52,096 bases of DNA from a virus. Lineage: Duplodnaviria > Heunggongvirae > Uroviricota > Caudoviricetes. The DNA is taken from positions 275,298 through 327,393 of the IMG/VR virus record IMGVR_UViG_3300033463_000001, one strand, 5' to 3'. The translations under genes and the position numbers were made by a program. Position 1 is the first letter of the stretch; the number at the start of each line of letters is the position of its first letter. The notes beneath the pieces were generated by a model. It did not search any database. It was not told the origin of the DNA and saw only the letters and a program-made list of their open reading frames with translations. Positions 27,560 through 37,973 of this stretch are shown in pieces.

Positions 27560-28852
27560 ATGAAAACATACACAATTGATGAAGTAGATAACAGCAACCT
27601 GCTCCTTTACAAATTTCGAAGGGGTTCGCATGCATTTGGCCTTGCCACCGAAACCAGTGATATCGATACCGGTGGATGCTTCATCGCGCCGCAGCGAGCT
27701 CTCTATGGAATCCGTGGACATTACGAAATGCCTACAGAGTATCAGAAGCAAGTTGCAAGTTATAAGAACGACGATGTTCGTTACGAGATTGGTTCCTTTG
27801 TTGAGTTGTTGACAAAATCAAACCCGACAGCGCTTGAGGCTCTATATGCAGCAGACGACTGCGTTGAATATGTTCACCCGCTATTCCAGGTTCTACGCGA
27901 CAACAAAGAAATGTTCGTCTCTAAGGATGCGCTTATCTCGTTCTGGAAATACGCAGCTAGCCAAATTCGCAAAGCGCGTGGACTTAACAAGAAGATTGTT
28001 AACGAGGTAAAAGAACGCAAAGAGGTGCTTGATTTCTGTACAACATTCAGAAAGCAGGGTAGCACACCTGTTCGCTCATGGCTGGCTCAACGAGGTCTAT
28101 TGCAAAAATACTGTGGACTCAACAAGGTGCCGGACATGGTGCGTATGTACAACTGCTACTACGACTGGCAAGAGCACTTGCACCTCACATGGAAAGACGG
28201 TGTCGAAATGCACAATGCATACCGTAATGGCGAGAGTAAAGAGTTTTTCGAGTGGCTTTTCACAAGTGGTGTTCTAGATGAAAACCCGCGTCATCTTGAT
28301 TTCCAATTGGAGGAGGCTAATTTCATCAACGTCTATAAGAACGCCATTCCGAAGGGCTACCACGGAATACAGCGCGAGGATGGAACATCAACGGATATCC
28401 GAAAAGATTCTATTCTTGAAGGGGATAAGCCTATTTGTCAGATTTCCTATAACGACGATGGCTTCCAATCACACTGCAGGCAGTATAAGGAGTACCAAGA
28501 GTGGGTTCTGAAGCGCAATAAGGTACGTTACGAGAGTAATCTCGGACACAACTATGACGCAAAGAATATTTCACACTGCCTCAGGCTTCTGACGATGGCA
28601 TTGGAAATGGCTCAAAACAAAGACATGATTCTCGACAGGCGTATTGCTGGAGATAGGGATTACCTTTTGGACGTTAAGAATCACAAGTTTGAATACGAAG
28701 AGGTTATTACTAAGGCAGATGCACTCGAAGAGCAACTGAAAGAGTCTTTGGGCACCTGTACGCTTCCGGAGCACGTTGATGTTGACAAAGCGAATGAACT
28801 GTTAGTTAAGATTCGCGAAGCATTCTATAACGGTAAAACAAAAATTGATTGA
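27560..28852 (+). CDS. DNA polymerase beta-superfamily nucleotidyltransferase (RlaP/Nuc-transf-like)
   Basis: RGSHAFGLATETSDIDTGG (GS..G....SD.D), KSNPTALE, YDAKNISHCLRLL. Confidence 0.85.
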   Translation: MKTYTIDEVDNSNLLLYKFRRGSHAFGLATETSDIDTGGCFIAPQRALYGIRGHYEMPTEYQKQVASYKNDDVRYEIGSFVELLTKSNPTALEALYAADDCVEYVHPLFQVLRDNKEMFVSKDALISFWKYAASQIRKARGLNKKIVNEVKERKEVLDFCTTFRKQGSTPVRSWLAQRGLLQKYCGLNKVPDMVRMYNCYYDWQEHLHLTWKDGVEMHNAYRNGESKEFFEWLFTSGVLDENPRHLDFQLEEANFINVYKNAIPKGYHGIQREDGTSTDIRKDSILEGDKPICQISYNDDGFQSHCRQYKEYQEWVLKRNKVRYESNLGHNYDAKNISHCLRLLTMALEMAQNKDMILDRRIAGDRDYLLDVKNHKFEYEEVITKADALEEQLKESLGTCTLPEHVDVDKANELLVKIREAFYNGKTKID

Positions 28853-29522
28853 TATGGTTAAAATTGTTAATAATACTGAAATTATCAGAGAATACCTGGT
28901 AGGTATATTTGAGAAATGCACCAAGCAAGCTCTTATCCAAATTCAAATCATGCAGCGCAGGAAGGATAAGGGTAATGAGTCTATGAGGAAAGACACACGC
29001 ATTGTGAAGTCTTATCTCGTTGAAAGCATTAAGCATTTCGATGACGTCCTACCTGAAATTATGGATTTGTGTGCTTATTTCAAAGCACGTACGTATATCA
29101 ACCTTAATCCCAAGGATGCAGATATGGTTCGTTGGAACCTGATTATGGACTTGCAACGTCAGGTTAGGGATAAGAAAAGGGCTGGCTTAATGGGTATTAC
29201 TGATGGCGCTATTGCAACGTGCGGTTGCTGCTTGGAAAACGAGAGTACATGGATTCTTGATATTGACGACCCTGCATATGTAGACGAAGCTATTAACGAA
29301 GTAAGGGAGATTTACATCAAAGAAGGGCAAGCAGAGAAAAGCGGTCGTGATATTGTTATCATGCAGTATCCTACTGTTAACGGAACGCATGTAATTATCA
29401 GGCCGTTCAATAAGTCGTTATTCCAGCCCAAGTTTGTTCCGAACGGCAAAGGTGGAATGAAAGAGGTGTACGACGTAAAGGCAAATACCCCATCGTTGAT
29501 GTATGCAGCTGTTGAACAATAA
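28845..29522 (+). CDS. hypothetical protein
   Basis: 225-aa ORF with WILDID and TVNGTHVI motifs; start may be ATG 28854. Confidence 0.7.
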   Translation: MIDMVKIVNNTEIIREYLVGIFEKCTKQALIQIQIMQRRKDKGNESMRKDTRIVKSYLVESIKHFDDVLPEIMDLCAYFKARTYINLNPKDADMVRWNLIMDLQRQVRDKKRAGLMGITDGAIATCGCCLENESTWILDIDDPAYVDEAINEVREIYIKEGQAEKSGRDIVIMQYPTVNGTHVIIRPFNKSLFQPKFVPNGKGGMKEVYDVKANTPSLMYAAVEQ

Positions 29523-29946
29523 ACCATATGGATTTTCGAAGGCCGAGCGTAGTTCGTTTCAATACTGGTTTGCTCACTGGTGTGCCTTCAATATGATGGC
29601 TTTGTGTTTACATATATGGAAACCTAAGTATCTATTTCATGATATCGAGAAACCATGGTTGATGTGGCTCTGGAAGGACTACAAAAGAGTTCAGCGGTGG
29701 CACCGGACACATAATAAACACCATATTGAGTGGCTTACAGCCAGCAGCAAACATTCCATCAATGACGTCGATATAGATGCGATGGTGATTGACAACGAAT
29801 GTAGCCGGCTAACGAAGAATCAGGCTCAGCAGACAGCGATTGAGTATTTCTCCACTGAGTTCCATTCGGGAAAATACAGTTTGCTTGAGTTGAGCGTGTT
29901 AAACAGGGCACTTATACGTGCCACATCATTAGGATTGAAGAAATGA
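29503..29946 (+). CDS. HD-like His-rich protein (DUF5662-like)
   Basis: H...HDIEK...HRTHNKHHIEW...D pattern. Confidence 0.55.
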   Translation: MQLLNNKPYGFSKAERSSFQYWFAHWCAFNMMALCLHIWKPKYLFHDIEKPWLMWLWKDYKRVQRWHRTHNKHHIEWLTASSKHSINDVDIDAMVIDNECSRLTKNQAQQTAIEYFSTEFHSGKYSLLELSVLNRALIRATSLGLKK

Positions 29947-30509
29947 GTAACAAAAGTTTTCCAAGGACGTTCTGGACTGCTGACCTACACTTAGGCCACG
30001 CTAACGTCATTGATTACGACAACCGTCCGTTTGCTGATGTTAAAGAAATGGACGAAGAGATTATCCGTCGCTGGAACAAAGTTGTATCGAAAAACGATAT
30101 AGTTTGGATTCTAGGCGATATTACACTATCTGGTAATAAGGAATACATCAAAGACAAGATATCGCGTCTAAACGGCCGAAAACGGCTTATAATGGGCAAC
30201 CATGATATCTGCAGTGATGACTTCTACCGGGAGTGCGGCTTCGAGTATGTCAGCAAATGGCCTATAATTATCCACGACTTCTTTGTGTTAAGTCACGAAC
30301 CGATGCAGTACATGGGAGAGAACTGCCCGCTGTTCTTCATCTACGGCCATGTTCACAATGACGAGAAATACCAGACGTGGACTGAACACTCCGCATGCGT
30401 ATCAATTACGAGACATAATTACGTTCCTGTTGAAATCGCGGCATACAACAAGTATATTGAGGATAACAATGGAAAGTATAGTAGAAAATTCAATCCTCAT
30501 AAACGCTAG
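29943..30509 (+). CDS. calcineurin-like phosphoesterase
   Basis: TADLHLGH, LGD, MGNHD, LSHEP, YGHVH. Confidence 0.85.
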   Translation: MSNKSFPRTFWTADLHLGHANVIDYDNRPFADVKEMDEEIIRRWNKVVSKNDIVWILGDITLSGNKEYIKDKISRLNGRKRLIMGNHDICSDDFYRECGFEYVSKWPIIIHDFFVLSHEPMQYMGENCPLFFIYGHVHNDEKYQTWTEHSACVSITRHNYVPVEIAAYNKYIEDNNGKYSRKFNPHKR

Positions 30510-30526
30510 CAATAAAAAGTAATAAT

Positions 30527-31255
30527 ATGTCAGTAGAAATTAGTCACGTTATTGAAATCCGTCAGAAAGGTGGCAAGTGGAAACCATTGGTGTGGTATTC
30601 TACCATGCCTTGTTGGTATAATGAACGTCACGATGAACCTAGCCGTTGGAAACGGACTTTTGACTACATCCGTTCATTCCCGAAATGGCACAAGATACTC
30701 AAACTAACCTGGAAAGACCTCCCAGGAAAAATCAAGGAGATTTGGACGGAAAAGAACGACGATGAAGTCTTTCCTTACGATAAACCTATCCGAGTACGCG
30801 GCCAAAAAATTTACCCAAGATACGTAATTGACGAAAACGATATTACATTCCGGGATGTATTTATGGGTTACGACGGTGTACTGTCACAGAGGGGTTGTCC
30901 TGATGACATGGATGAACGTCTCAAAATTTATGTAACAGGTAGTAGGTATCACGGTTCTATCACGCACTATACGCTTGCTGAACTTGACTCTCTACTCGAA
31001 ACATACAACGAGAAGGCGTATAAGAAGCTGGAGAAGTTCAACACCGACAAAAACCTATATGCGATTGGTAAGAAAGTCGGTGCAAATGTTTCTAAGCCGT
31101 ATGAGTATGGTTCCATGGCCGACAATAGCGAAGTGTTGGGTATTGATGAAGTTCGCTCGCTCCATCACTTATACTACACATTCAGTGCAATGGTAGAGCA
31201 GACGTACGATATTGTAAGCAGTAATGACGTTCGAATCACGTCGTGGTCGCATTGA
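30527..31255 (+). CDS. hypothetical protein
   Basis: 242-aa ORF. Confidence 0.7.
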   Translation: MSVEISHVIEIRQKGGKWKPLVWYSTMPCWYNERHDEPSRWKRTFDYIRSFPKWHKILKLTWKDLPGKIKEIWTEKNDDEVFPYDKPIRVRGQKIYPRYVIDENDITFRDVFMGYDGVLSQRGCPDDMDERLKIYVTGSRYHGSITHYTLAELDSLLETYNEKAYKKLEKFNTDKNLYAIGKKVGANVSKPYEYGSMADNSEVLGIDEVRSLHHLYYTFSAMVEQTYDIVSSNDVRITSWSH

Positions 31256-31256
31256 T

Positions 31257-32063
31257 ATGAGAGAGTTAATTGACATAGGTAATAAAGATATCATTTGCAT
31301 TGGAGATGTTCACGGGGAGTTCCAGATTCTTCGGTACCGCCTCGACCAATGGATTAACAAGTATAATATTAAAGATACCATCTTTATTGTTCTTGGTGAC
31401 TGTGGCTTCTTTGGGCTGAATTATGACGCAAAATGGTTCACTCACGAATCAAAGCGGATTAACAACATCCTCAAGGAGTCAGGCAACCTGTTGTACATGT
31501 TTAGAGGTAACCATGACAATCCGGAAATCTTCAATGACGAATATATATTGAAAGAGATACGCGGCAAATCGTATATCCACGCATTGTCGGATTATGATGT
31601 CCTGCAAAGCGAAAAGTACGGTTCGATACTTATTGTTCCCGGCGCATTCTCAATAGACCGTGGATATCGCGAAGAAGGCCGAAGTTGGTGGCGTGATGAA
31701 ACACCATTCAAGCTTTCCGACAATGAGATTCTTCGGTTTCCAAGATATGATATTGTCCTTTCGCACTCACTCCCTTACTATGATGAGTTCCATCCTAACA
31801 CGATGCTCACACAGTTCTGGACAAAGGATTTAAAAATGTTCCCGGCGGAAGGTGAAGACTCGTTCTACACGCGCATTGAAACCGAAAAACAGTACTTGAT
31901 GAAAATTCAAGAATCTGTGCAGGCGAAGCAATGGGTGTCCGGTCATTATCACACTCATGGATGTGACATTAAAGACGATGTGAAATATATTATGATTGGT
32001 ATTATGGAATTCTATCACCTGTTTCCAGCACAAGAAAATAAACTTGGTGATGACATTCTATGA
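31257..32063 (+). CDS. calcineurin-like phosphoesterase
   Basis: IGDVHG, LGDCG, RGNHD, LSH, SGHYH. Confidence 0.85.
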   Translation: MRELIDIGNKDIICIGDVHGEFQILRYRLDQWINKYNIKDTIFIVLGDCGFFGLNYDAKWFTHESKRINNILKESGNLLYMFRGNHDNPEIFNDEYILKEIRGKSYIHALSDYDVLQSEKYGSILIVPGAFSIDRGYREEGRSWWRDETPFKLSDNEILRFPRYDIVLSHSLPYYDEFHPNTMLTQFWTKDLKMFPAEGEDSFYTRIETEKQYLMKIQESVQAKQWVSGHYHTHGCDIKDDVKYIMIGIMEFYHLFPAQENKLGDDIL

Positions 32064-32070
32064 CAAATCT

Positions 32071-32082
32071 GGACTATATTAG
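32071..32082 (+). promoter_or_regulatory. phage promoter motif GGACTATATTAG
   Basis: Exact motif upstream of ATG 32107. Confidence 0.75.
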
Positions 32083-32106
32083 TAATGAATTTAACAACGA
32101 AAATAT

Positions 32107-32424
32107 ATGACTGAAGAAAGATTAAAAGAATTAGCGGGAGCTTACATTAAAGAGACGCTAGACTCGCCGGAAGACCAAACGTTATGTGAGATTATCGAAG
32201 AGAACTACACAACCGGTGCTAATGATGCGATGGATTTGAAGCAACAAGCACTCGATTTCGCAAATGATGTAATTGATGACCCGGAAAACCACCAGGACGC
32301 TGTATATTCAACCTTACTGGATTATTATCAGGGTGCAATTGCCGCATTGGAAGAGTTGAGTCAAGAAACATCAGAGAAGCTGGCAGAAATCGCCGGTGTA
32401 GAAGGAGACGCTGAGATTGAGTAA
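32107..32424 (+). CDS. acidic hypothetical protein with internal repeat
   Basis: Two LK..A..(Y/F)...PE(D/N)....Y..GA..A units. Confidence 0.7.
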   Translation: MTEERLKELAGAYIKETLDSPEDQTLCEIIEENYTTGANDAMDLKQQALDFANDVIDDPENHQDAVYSTLLDYYQGAIAALEELSQETSEKLAEIAGVEGDAEIE

Positions 32425-32440
32425 GGAGTTGTATTATAAT

Positions 32441-35146
32441 ATGAATAAACGCGTATATACGTACGACGAGGCACTCAAAGAGGCTGTCGCTTACTTTGAT
32501 GGAGACGAGATGGCCGCAAATGTGTTCCTGCAAAAATATGCAGAGCGCAATAACAATGGCGAATTAACGGAAGCTACTCCTGTCGCTATGCATCACCGCA
32601 TGGCTAAGGAATATGCTCGTATCGAGAAACAGTTTGGCGGTGACCATCAATTAAGCGAGGAAACAATCTTTAACCTGCTCGACCACTTCAAATACATCAT
32701 CACAGGCGGCTCTGTAATGAGCGGACTTGGCAAGAACACCAATCGCGCTGAGTCGTTGTCTAACTGTTTTGTGCTCGGTGCGCCGAAAGACAGCTATGCA
32801 TCTATTATGCGTTACCGTGACTTCATGGTAGAAGTTGAGAAACGTCGTGGTGGAGCCGGTGTTGACCTTTCCAATCTGCGCCCTGCAGGTTCTATCGTTC
32901 ATAACGCTGCTGTTACCAGTACTGGAGCTGTCTCGTTTATGAATGGTTTCTCGGAGTTGTCAAAGGAGGTTGCACAGGGAGGACGCCGTGGTGCTCTTAT
33001 GATTAGTATCAATGGTAACCACCCGGATGTAGAGGATTTCATTGTAAGCAAGCAAGACCTATCGAAGATTACCGGTGCAAACATCTCTGTTCAGTTCTCT
33101 GACGAGTTTATGAATGCCGTTAAGAACAATGAGCGTTACATGCTGCGCTGGCCGGTTACTACAAAACAGCAGGATGTTGTTGCGGCTTACTATGCAGAAC
33201 CGCACGATGGTGAAATGAATCTTGAGCCTGGTGAGAAACACTGGCTGCAGAACGGCAAACTGTGCTACAAGATTGTTGACGCACGTAAACTGTGGGATGT
33301 ATTCGTGCATTGCGCATGGAACACAGCAGAACCTGGTTTGCTTTATTCCGATAAACATCGTGAGCTGTCTCCGGATAGTCAATACGATGAGTTCAAGGGT
33401 GTTACTACCAATCCATGCGGGGAAATTTTCATGGGTCCTTACGATAGTTGCCGACTCCAACATGTCAACATGGCAAGCTTCGTAGAGAATGGCGTATTCA
33501 ACCTGGAAAAGCTTGAGAAAGTTGCTTACCAAAACATGCGTTTGTGCGACGACCTCGTTGAGCTTGAACTGGAGCACGTAGATAACATCATTGCACACAT
33601 CAAGAGTTCGTACACAGAGGATGAGTACAATGAGTTGAAGCTCTGGGAACATATTCGCGAAACAGGTTCACACTCTCGCCGTGCCGGATGTGGCGCAACT
33701 GGCGTTGCTGATGCTATTGCACTAGTTGGTTACAGCCTCACGAGTCCGGAAGGTATGGAACTCCTCCAGAAAATGTTCGAAGCAAAGATGCGCGGAGAGT
33801 TGCGTGCGCAAGTTGAACTTGCTAAGGAGCGCGGCACATTCTATGGCTACGACTTCGATAAAGAGTTCTACTACGAAGAGGACAAAGAGACGGGTATGAC
33901 GGTATTGCGTGGCCGCAATGAGTTCTTCGACCGGATTGCTGGAGATACAGCATTGGCTCCGGAAGATATTATTGAAGGGCTTGAGAAATATGGGCGCCGC
34001 AGCGTATCTTGGAGTACAATGGCTCCTGTAGGTAGTGGTGCTATGATGTGCCAGGGTACAAGTGGTGTTGAACCGTTGTTCGCTCCCTTCTATAAGCGTC
34101 GTAAGAAATGCGTAGGTGATGAGGTTGCAACTATAATCGACAACAACGGCGAGCGCTTTATTGAGTTCTTCGTTGTGCACCAACCGCTGAAACGCTGGAT
34201 TATCGCACATCCTGAATTGACGGGCTATGACGTAACAAAGACATTCGACGAGCAGGTTACTGATGATAAGATGATTGAATGGTTCCAGAAGTCTCCGTGG
34301 TACAAGAGTACTGCAAGCGAGTTGACTCCTCACGAGCACGTCGATATCCAGGCTATTGTTCAGCGCTATACAACGCATAGTATCTCTAAAACCGAGAATA
34401 TGCCGAATAACGCCACTGAGGAAGAAGTCAGCGAGCTCTTCATGTATGCATGGGAGAAGGGATGTAAGGGCACTACTGTATATCGCGATGGTTGCCGCAA
34501 CAACATCCTACAGACTGCAACAAAGAAGAACGATAAAGACTGCGACTGCAAGTGCAACGGAACATTGACACATAGTGCACCGCGCAGGCCGAAAGTTCTT
34601 CCGTGCGATATCCAATATTTCCGCAATGCCGGGCAAAAATGGGTGGCATGTGTTGGACTCTACGAAGGTCAACCGTACGAGTTGTTCACTGGTCTCGCTG
34701 AAAAACTCAATATCCCTGAGTATGTCACCACAGCAGAGATTGTTAAGACGAAAGTCGACAAACTGCAGGAGAATGACGAAACAGGTGTTGAGGAGATGAA
34801 GAAAGTATCGCGCTACGACATTCGCTACGTTGATGCTGACGGAAATACCTGTGTAATGGAAGGAATCGACTCTGCATTCCGCACTGAGTATTATTCAGTT
34901 AGCAAACTCATCTCAGGATTGTTGAGACACGGAATGCCGGTTGAGTATGTTGTGTCGACCATTAAGAGCCTTGATTTCAAGGACGTATCCATCAATAGCT
35001 GGAAGAGTGGTGTTACACGAACACTGAAACACTACATCGCTGACGGAGAGGTTGCTGGTGAGGTCTGCCCAGAATGTGGTGGTAAGCTGATTCGAGAGAA
35101 CGGATGTATCCACTGTATCGAATGTGGTTGGTCGAAATGCGGTTAA
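32441..35146 (+). CDS. nrdJ: class II (adenosylcobalamin-dependent) ribonucleotide reductase
   Basis: SLSNCFV, RRGGAGVD, RRGALM, TNPCGE catalytic loop, MAPVGS, C-terminal CPEC..C..C Zn ribbon; no small-subunit gene adjacent. Confidence 0.92.
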   Translation: MNKRVYTYDEALKEAVAYFDGDEMAANVFLQKYAERNNNGELTEATPVAMHHRMAKEYARIEKQFGGDHQLSEETIFNLLDHFKYIITGGSVMSGLGKNTNRAESLSNCFVLGAPKDSYASIMRYRDFMVEVEKRRGGAGVDLSNLRPAGSIVHNAAVTSTGAVSFMNGFSELSKEVAQGGRRGALMISINGNHPDVEDFIVSKQDLSKITGANISVQFSDEFMNAVKNNERYMLRWPVTTKQQDVVAAYYAEPHDGEMNLEPGEKHWLQNGKLCYKIVDARKLWDVFVHCAWNTAEPGLLYSDKHRELSPDSQYDEFKGVTTNPCGEIFMGPYDSCRLQHVNMASFVENGVFNLEKLEKVAYQNMRLCDDLVELELEHVDNIIAHIKSSYTEDEYNELKLWEHIRETGSHSRRAGCGATGVADAIALVGYSLTSPEGMELLQKMFEAKMRGELRAQVELAKERGTFYGYDFDKEFYYEEDKETGMTVLRGRNEFFDRIAGDTALAPEDIIEGLEKYGRRSVSWSTMAPVGSGAMMCQGTSGVEPLFAPFYKRRKKCVGDEVATIIDNNGERFIEFFVVHQPLKRWIIAHPELTGYDVTKTFDEQVTDDKMIEWFQKSPWYKSTASELTPHEHVDIQAIVQRYTTHSISKTENMPNNATEEEVSELFMYAWEKGCKGTTVYRDGCRNNILQTATKKNDKDCDCKCNGTLTHSAPRRPKVLPCDIQYFRNAGQKWVACVGLYEGQPYELFTGLAEKLNIPEYVTTAEIVKTKVDKLQENDETGVEEMKKVSRYDIRYVDADGNTCVMEGIDSAFRTEYYSVSKLISGLLRHGMPVEYVVSTIKSLDFKDVSINSWKSGVTRTLKHYIADGEVAGEVCPECGGKLIRENGCIHCIECGWSKCG

Positions 35147-35181
35147 AAAAGTCCGGGTGGTAAAAACATCCGGATTTTTTG
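35145..35181 (+). terminator. Rho-independent terminator
   Basis: GTCCGGGTG-gtaaaaa-CATCCGGAT followed by T-tract. Confidence 0.8.
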
Positions 35182-35200
35182 TTTAATCTTTTTGAAAAAG

Positions 35201-35212
35201 GGACTATATTAG
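35201..35212 (+). promoter_or_regulatory. phage promoter motif GGACTATATTAG
   Basis: Exact motif after terminator, upstream of ATG 35240. Confidence 0.78.
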
Positions 35213-35239
35213 TTATGAATTTTTAAAACAACATATTGT

Positions 35240-36349
35240 ATGGCACGTGAAATACTTGACAGAAGTCGAGAACAAATGGTAATCTTCAATAGAGATATTG
35301 ATGTTGACAAAACACTTCCAAAATGGTCTAGCATCGAGAAGATTGCACAGGAGGAAGTGAATAAAGAATTGGAAGTGAAGGAGGATGTCTCCAATGCTGA
35401 GAACAAGATGCTGACTGCATCCAATCCGGTTGAGTTTAATAACAACAGAGCTATTGTAGACGAGGTGGCAAAGGCTGCTTCGGCTCGTTTGGCGTCCGAT
35501 AAGATTGCTGACGTCGAGAAAATCGACAAGATGGATGTTGACCAGTTCAATATCTACCTTGAAAAACGTCGCCTGTTGAAAGTGATGGATTCCTGGGCTA
35601 AATACTCAGAGAATAGCATTTCATTCGGCACACCTATTCGTGAGGAGGATGCGTCAAATAACCCGACGTTGTTCCGCCGCATGAAAAACTTGTTTGGCGA
35701 ATTCATCAGGGAACGCGAAGAGATGCGCAAAATTGATATCATTCAATTCTTCGCTAATGTCAAACTCTCTTCAAAAAAGTCACAACAGGCATACGCAAAG
35801 CGCGTGGCTCCTATCATTACCACACTCCGCGATGCGAATGAAATGGGTCAGCAGGCATTGGTTGATGCATTGCTCGGTGAGGCGTATCGTGAGAAATACG
35901 AGTCTGTATTGTATGCTGCCGGCGTACTCTATAAGATTACCGAGAAAGAGATGGTTAAGTTCATCAACAAGACAGAGAAGGGTGTTGCACTTGACTATGT
36001 ATCTAACTTTGCGCGTCCGATACCAAAGACTGTGCTGACAGCGAAGAAGAAAGCCGACACATTGCACGTATTTGATAATTACGTTGTTCTCTACTACGAC
36101 CCGGAAGGCCAAAAACGTTTACCTACTGCCGAGGAAAGGGAGAAAGAGCGTCAGCGCAAGGCAGACCCGATTCTGTTCGGTGTTATCAAAGGTGTCCGTG
36201 CATTGTATTATGTAGCTGATTGGATTGATGAGTACTGCGACTTGACTCTCGAAGAGTTCCTCAAAGTGAGTGACATCAAGCGTAAGGAGATTGAGTTGAA
36301 ACAATTCCCAACTGTTACAGTGAATAAAAAAGAAGTTGAGTTGCAGTAA
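35240..36349 (+). CDS. hypothetical protein
   Basis: 369-aa ORF with C-terminal DPILFG...LYYVADWIDEYCDLTL motif. Confidence 0.75.
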   Translation: MAREILDRSREQMVIFNRDIDVDKTLPKWSSIEKIAQEEVNKELEVKEDVSNAENKMLTASNPVEFNNNRAIVDEVAKAASARLASDKIADVEKIDKMDVDQFNIYLEKRRLLKVMDSWAKYSENSISFGTPIREEDASNNPTLFRRMKNLFGEFIREREEMRKIDIIQFFANVKLSSKKSQQAYAKRVAPIITTLRDANEMGQQALVDALLGEAYREKYESVLYAAGVLYKITEKEMVKFINKTEKGVALDYVSNFARPIPKTVLTAKKKADTLHVFDNYVVLYYDPEGQKRLPTAEEREKERQRKADPILFGVIKGVRALYYVADWIDEYCDLTLEEFLKVSDIKRKEIELKQFPTVTVNKKEVELQ

Positions 36350-36514
36350 CATGGTTGAGACAACAAAAGAATTCTTGTATAGACAATCAATCCGGTTCGG
36401 TATATTCTTCGCAATTATTTGGCTTTGTTTATCGGCCGGAATTGAATTGTTGACAGGAGAACTTCACAAATTATCGTATAAAACCCGAAAAATGTGCCAG
36501 AAATCGCGGAAATC

Positions 36515-36526
36515 GGACTATATTAG
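36515..36526 (+). promoter_or_regulatory. phage promoter motif GGACTATATTAG
   Basis: Exact motif upstream of ATG 36547. Confidence 0.75.
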
Positions 36527-36546
36527 TGTGGAAACATTGAATTAAC

Positions 36547-37131
36547 ATGGATAAAATGAAAACGACATGCCCGTTGTGTGGCAAGGAAGTTGAGTTTGAT
36601 GATGATGATATTATCACCCAAACGCCTGACGGACGAAAACTGACAGATACTGAGATTGAAGAACTCACGGTTGACGATGAAGTTGACGAAGTGATTGTAT
36701 GTCCTCATTGCAACGAGAAGTTTAGCGTTGTGGAATATCTCAACAATATTACGTATCGTGTAACAGAGTTCGGCATCTTCGTTATGTCACTTTACAACGC
36801 AGGACTTATAACAGATGATGTATTTGAACCTGATAACAACCGACTTGAAAGGGGAGCATTCGAGCTCTTCCAAACATACCTGCAAACCCATGGTTTCTAC
36901 CGCGAGAACGAGTACGACCCTGTAGTAACTCCGCCGGATGATAAGAAGCCCGAAGAATTGTTCAACTTAGCCCTGGAGAAAATGGGGTTTGTGAACATGA
37001 AAGACCTTAGTTCTTCCAGCAAAGCACATGTGGCATGGTTGTGTTTCGTTGACGGAATGAAACGTAGCGGCTATTTGGCAGGTGAGGATGAAAATACTGA
37101 CAAAAAGGCAGTCGTTGTCGAGGATAAGTGA
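36547..37131 (+). CDS. Zn-ribbon-containing hypothetical protein
   Basis: CPLC...CPHC. Confidence 0.7.
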   Translation: MDKMKTTCPLCGKEVEFDDDDIITQTPDGRKLTDTEIEELTVDDEVDEVIVCPHCNEKFSVVEYLNNITYRVTEFGIFVMSLYNAGLITDDVFEPDNNRLERGAFELFQTYLQTHGFYRENEYDPVVTPPDDKKPEELFNLALEKMGFVNMKDLSSSSKAHVAWLCFVDGMKRSGYLAGEDENTDKKAVVVEDK

Positions 37132-37215
37132 CAAAATAACTGCCAAAATGGCAGTGATTAAAAATGGCACACAATTTGTGATAAATGGTATTGTAACAAA
37201 ACTGATTTAAATAAT

Positions 37216-37920
37216 ATGGCAAATCGTATTTCTGAAATGGAGACGAAAGAGCTCCAAGAACAACTTGAAGCGCTCCGCGCTATTAAGAACCCGTCTTCTG
37301 AGGTTGTAACCTTGGTTGAGACTATCGTAGCTGAGCTGAATAACCGCAAAAAGGCTGTAGTTGATGATGTACTGAAAGAGACTGCAAAACCGAATAAAGC
37401 ATCTAAGCTGTTCGGTTCACGTCTGCTGGAGAAAAAGCCTATTGACTTTAACAAAACTGGTGATGGTACTATTACCGAGAAGGCAGACAATGCTATTACT
37501 GGTGGTTTGAACTTGAAGAAAGAGATTGACGCTAAGAAGGTAGACTTATGTGGTAAAGGTGTCTGCGCAAAACAGAATGAAGTCCTGATAGGTAAATACT
37601 TCAAGCAGGTATTCGACACATTCAGTGTATACTACTATGTTTGGGGCGAGCTGAATGGCCGCGTATATGTTGAGAAGGTATTGAACTCTGATAATGAGAA
37701 CTCTATCACCAGGACAAACAGTCCGCGCGCTAGGTTCGTACGTCTCGCTTCTCCGGCAACAAAGGATGAGTATGAAGTTGCTCGTCAGGCAGTTACCAAT
37801 AAGATTGACGAGGAACAAAAGCAAGTTCGCAAGCTGGTAAATGCTCTTACTGAGTACACTCCGTTCCCGTTCCTTCGTTTGCCTTACGGATTGGTATTCT
37901 CTCCGGGTTTCTTCTTCTAA
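37216..37920 (+). CDS. hypothetical protein
   Basis: 234-aa ORF followed by terminator. Confidence 0.7.
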   Translation: MANRISEMETKELQEQLEALRAIKNPSSEVVTLVETIVAELNNRKKAVVDDVLKETAKPNKASKLFGSRLLEKKPIDFNKTGDGTITEKADNAITGGLNLKKEIDAKKVDLCGKGVCAKQNEVLIGKYFKQVFDTFSVYYYVWGELNGRVYVEKVLNSDNENSITRTNSPRARFVRLASPATKDEYEVARQAVTNKIDEEQKQVRKLVNALTEYTPFPFLRLPYGLVFSPGFFF

Positions 37921-37929
37921 CATTCATCG

Positions 37930-37968
37930 GCGCCCATCAGTGGTTTCATTGATGAGCACTTTTTTTCT
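37930..37968 (+). terminator. Rho-independent terminator
   Basis: Imperfect stem ..CATCAGTG-gttt-CATTGATG.. followed by T8. Confidence 0.65.
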
Positions 37969-37973
37969 TCATT

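Noticed and set aside
32441-35146. Intein or intron in the RNR
   Set aside because: ORF is continuous, of normal NrdJ length, with no Hint or homing-endonuclease motifs seen.
36336-36545. 69-aa ORF between the 35240 and 36547 genes
   Set aside because: Runs through the GGACTATATTAG promoter and has no recognisable features; could be a real small membrane peptide but is unsupported.
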